Positions 63,177 to 64,000 of a stretch of DNA of 64,000 nt are shown in pieces. How positions within the stretch are numbered: the first letter of the stretch is position 1; every line of letters begins with the position of its first letter. The DNA comes from a virus (lineage: Duplodnaviria > Caudoviricetes): IMG/VR virus record IMGVR_UViG_3300011116_001007, one strand, 5' to 3'. The position numbers and the translations under genes are program-made. The notes under the pieces are model-generated. The model was not told where the DNA came from, did no database searches, and saw only the letters and a list, made by a program, of their open reading frames with translations.

Positions 63177-63619
63177 TTTTTGTCGTTGCCACTGGCTCGG
63201 TTGTAACTATCTATTTCTTTTTGTGTGACCAGCTGTGCCATCACGTCAATCTCATCATCTTTGTATGTGGGAAAGATTGCCATCAACGCTCGTCGCTTGG
63301 CACTGAGTCCTGCTTCTTTTTTCTTGGGCGCTATCCAGTTGTGCCTCATCACTCCCATGCCGGGGCTGGCAGCAGTTGCACACAGCCATTGTAGTTTGGT
63401 ATGCTTGGCTATGTCAAAGAAGTTTTTGTTCAAATAGTGATTGGTACTCTGCACGTAGTATTCTTGTAGTTGTCTGCTGCCGCCAACTGCACTGCCCCAA
63501 CGTATCATGAGATAGGTACTGAATTTCTTTCGTTCCTCTGAGGTAAGCTCATCATAAAATGCACGATTCTTTGCATCCAGTTGCCGCATCTCGTTGTTGA
63601 TGTTTAGTTTATCGCTCAT
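63173..63619 (-). CDS. Possible clamp-loader small subunit (gp62-like)
   Basis: About 150 aa, FSTYLMIRW...N..LNK.F..KH.KLQW...W..PKKK; replication context. Confidence 0.5.
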   Translation of the reverse strand: MSDKLNINNEMRQLDAKNRAFYDELTSEERKKFSTYLMIRWGSAVGGSRQLQEYYVQSTNHYLNKNFFDIAKHTKLQWLCATAASPGMGVMRHNWIAPKKKEAGLSAKRRALMAIFPTYKDDEIDVMAQLVTQKEIDSYNRASGNDKK

Positions 63620-63915
63620 GTTGCTTTGGTTGTTTTGGTCAGATGATAGATCATTATAGCATTTTCCAAGGCATCGTGTAAAGTGGGATTGGTTTTGGCT
63701 TCTCTGCGAATGTCACCCCACAGTTTGGCCTCCTGCAAGGCTTCATGTCGTTGTCTCATTCCTGCTCTGATGTCATGGTCTCTACGTTCTTCAAATGTTT
63801 CGTAGTCATATCCTATTTCTGTTCGTGTGCTGGGATCAGCACCAGATTCGCGAGAATACACTGTGTTGCCAACACGTTCGTAAACAAGGGTTGCGCCAGG
63901 CTTTAGTTGTCCCAT
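63616..63915 (-). CDS. Hypothetical protein
   Basis: ORF track. Confidence 0.75.
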   Translation of the reverse strand: MGQLKPGATLVYERVGNTVYSRESGADPSTRTEIGYDYETFEERRDHDIRAGMRQRHEALQEAKLWGDIRREAKTNPTLHDALENAIMIYHLTKTTKAT

Positions 63916-64000
63916 TACCAGGCCTTGTTATAGTCTACTATCTCGCAGTTGCGACTGATGTCTTTGACAAAATACACACAGTCAGGCTCTGCGTCATCAT
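63915..64000 (-). CDS. 3' end of a gene extending beyond the window
   Basis: ...DDAEPDCVYFVKDISRNCEIVDYNKAW* with TAATG overlap. Confidence 0.65.
   Translation of the reverse strand, partial: DDAEPDCVYFVKDISRNCEIVDYNKAW

Noticed and set aside
1158-63437. Numerous opposite-strand ORFs in the track (e.g. 6309-6842, 20618-21139, 44493-45074)
   Set aside because: They are shadows of well-supported genes, with no RBS, no motifs and atypical composition.
1-64000. tRNA/tmRNA genes
   Set aside because: No T-loop (GTTCRANYC) cloverleaf found by eye in the few intergenic gaps; tRNAscan/ARAGORN would be decisive.
1-64000. Stop-codon reassignment as in some large phages
   Set aside because: Conserved genes (nrdA, nrdB, ligase, helicase, clpX) are full length under code 11, and TAA, TAG and TGA all end genes at tight junctions.
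1-64000. Bacterial chromosome or prophage origin
   Set aside because: Host-like genes are interleaved with T4-like replication, PAAR and tail genes and TAAATA late promoters; no integrase or att site was seen.

Overview
64 kb segment of a large lytic T4-like (myovirus) phage genome. The host is probably a freshwater betaproteobacterium, inferred from the porin, lipoproteins, IscU/IscA and a phasin-like gene. Coding density is high under the standard code, and most genes lie on the minus strand. Core genes: ATP-dependent DNA ligase, class Ia RNR (nrdA/nrdB) plus glutaredoxin, primase, DnaB-family helicase, PD-(D/E)XK exonuclease, PAAR spike and tail/virion proteins. Host-like accessory genes: clpP, clpX, clpS, hsp20, iscU, iscA, uvsE, a porin, a phasin-like gene and a dispersed glycan-tailoring set (UDP-sugar dehydrogenase, two amidinotransferases, 2OG oxygenases, four SGNH-like proteins, sulfotransferase, methyltransferase, radical SAM). 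Two promoter classes are visible: sigma70-type TTGAC(C/A)-17-TATAAT and a T4-late-like TAAATA. Main unexplained structures: (1) an 18-ORF translationally coupled chain at 7.7-11.2 kb containing 8 paralogs of a small 'MNERI...KFAELIVxEC...HFGVEE' protein with constant DNA blocks and hypervariable inserts, plus a ninth copy at 33.8 kb, and unrelated micro-ORFs that share the same junction sequence; (2) ROSE-like RNA-thermometer leaders on both hsp20 and the phasin-like gene, the latter also with a PhaR-like operator; (3) a 192-aa miniature DnaE core retaining the catalytic aspartates; (4) an 8 x 11-bp iteron-like array; (5) a class of apparently leaderless TAAATA-driven genes; (6) a nucleotidyltransferase/ligase-like fusion that may be capsid-packaged. 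All assignments come from motif recognition by eye; no database search was run.
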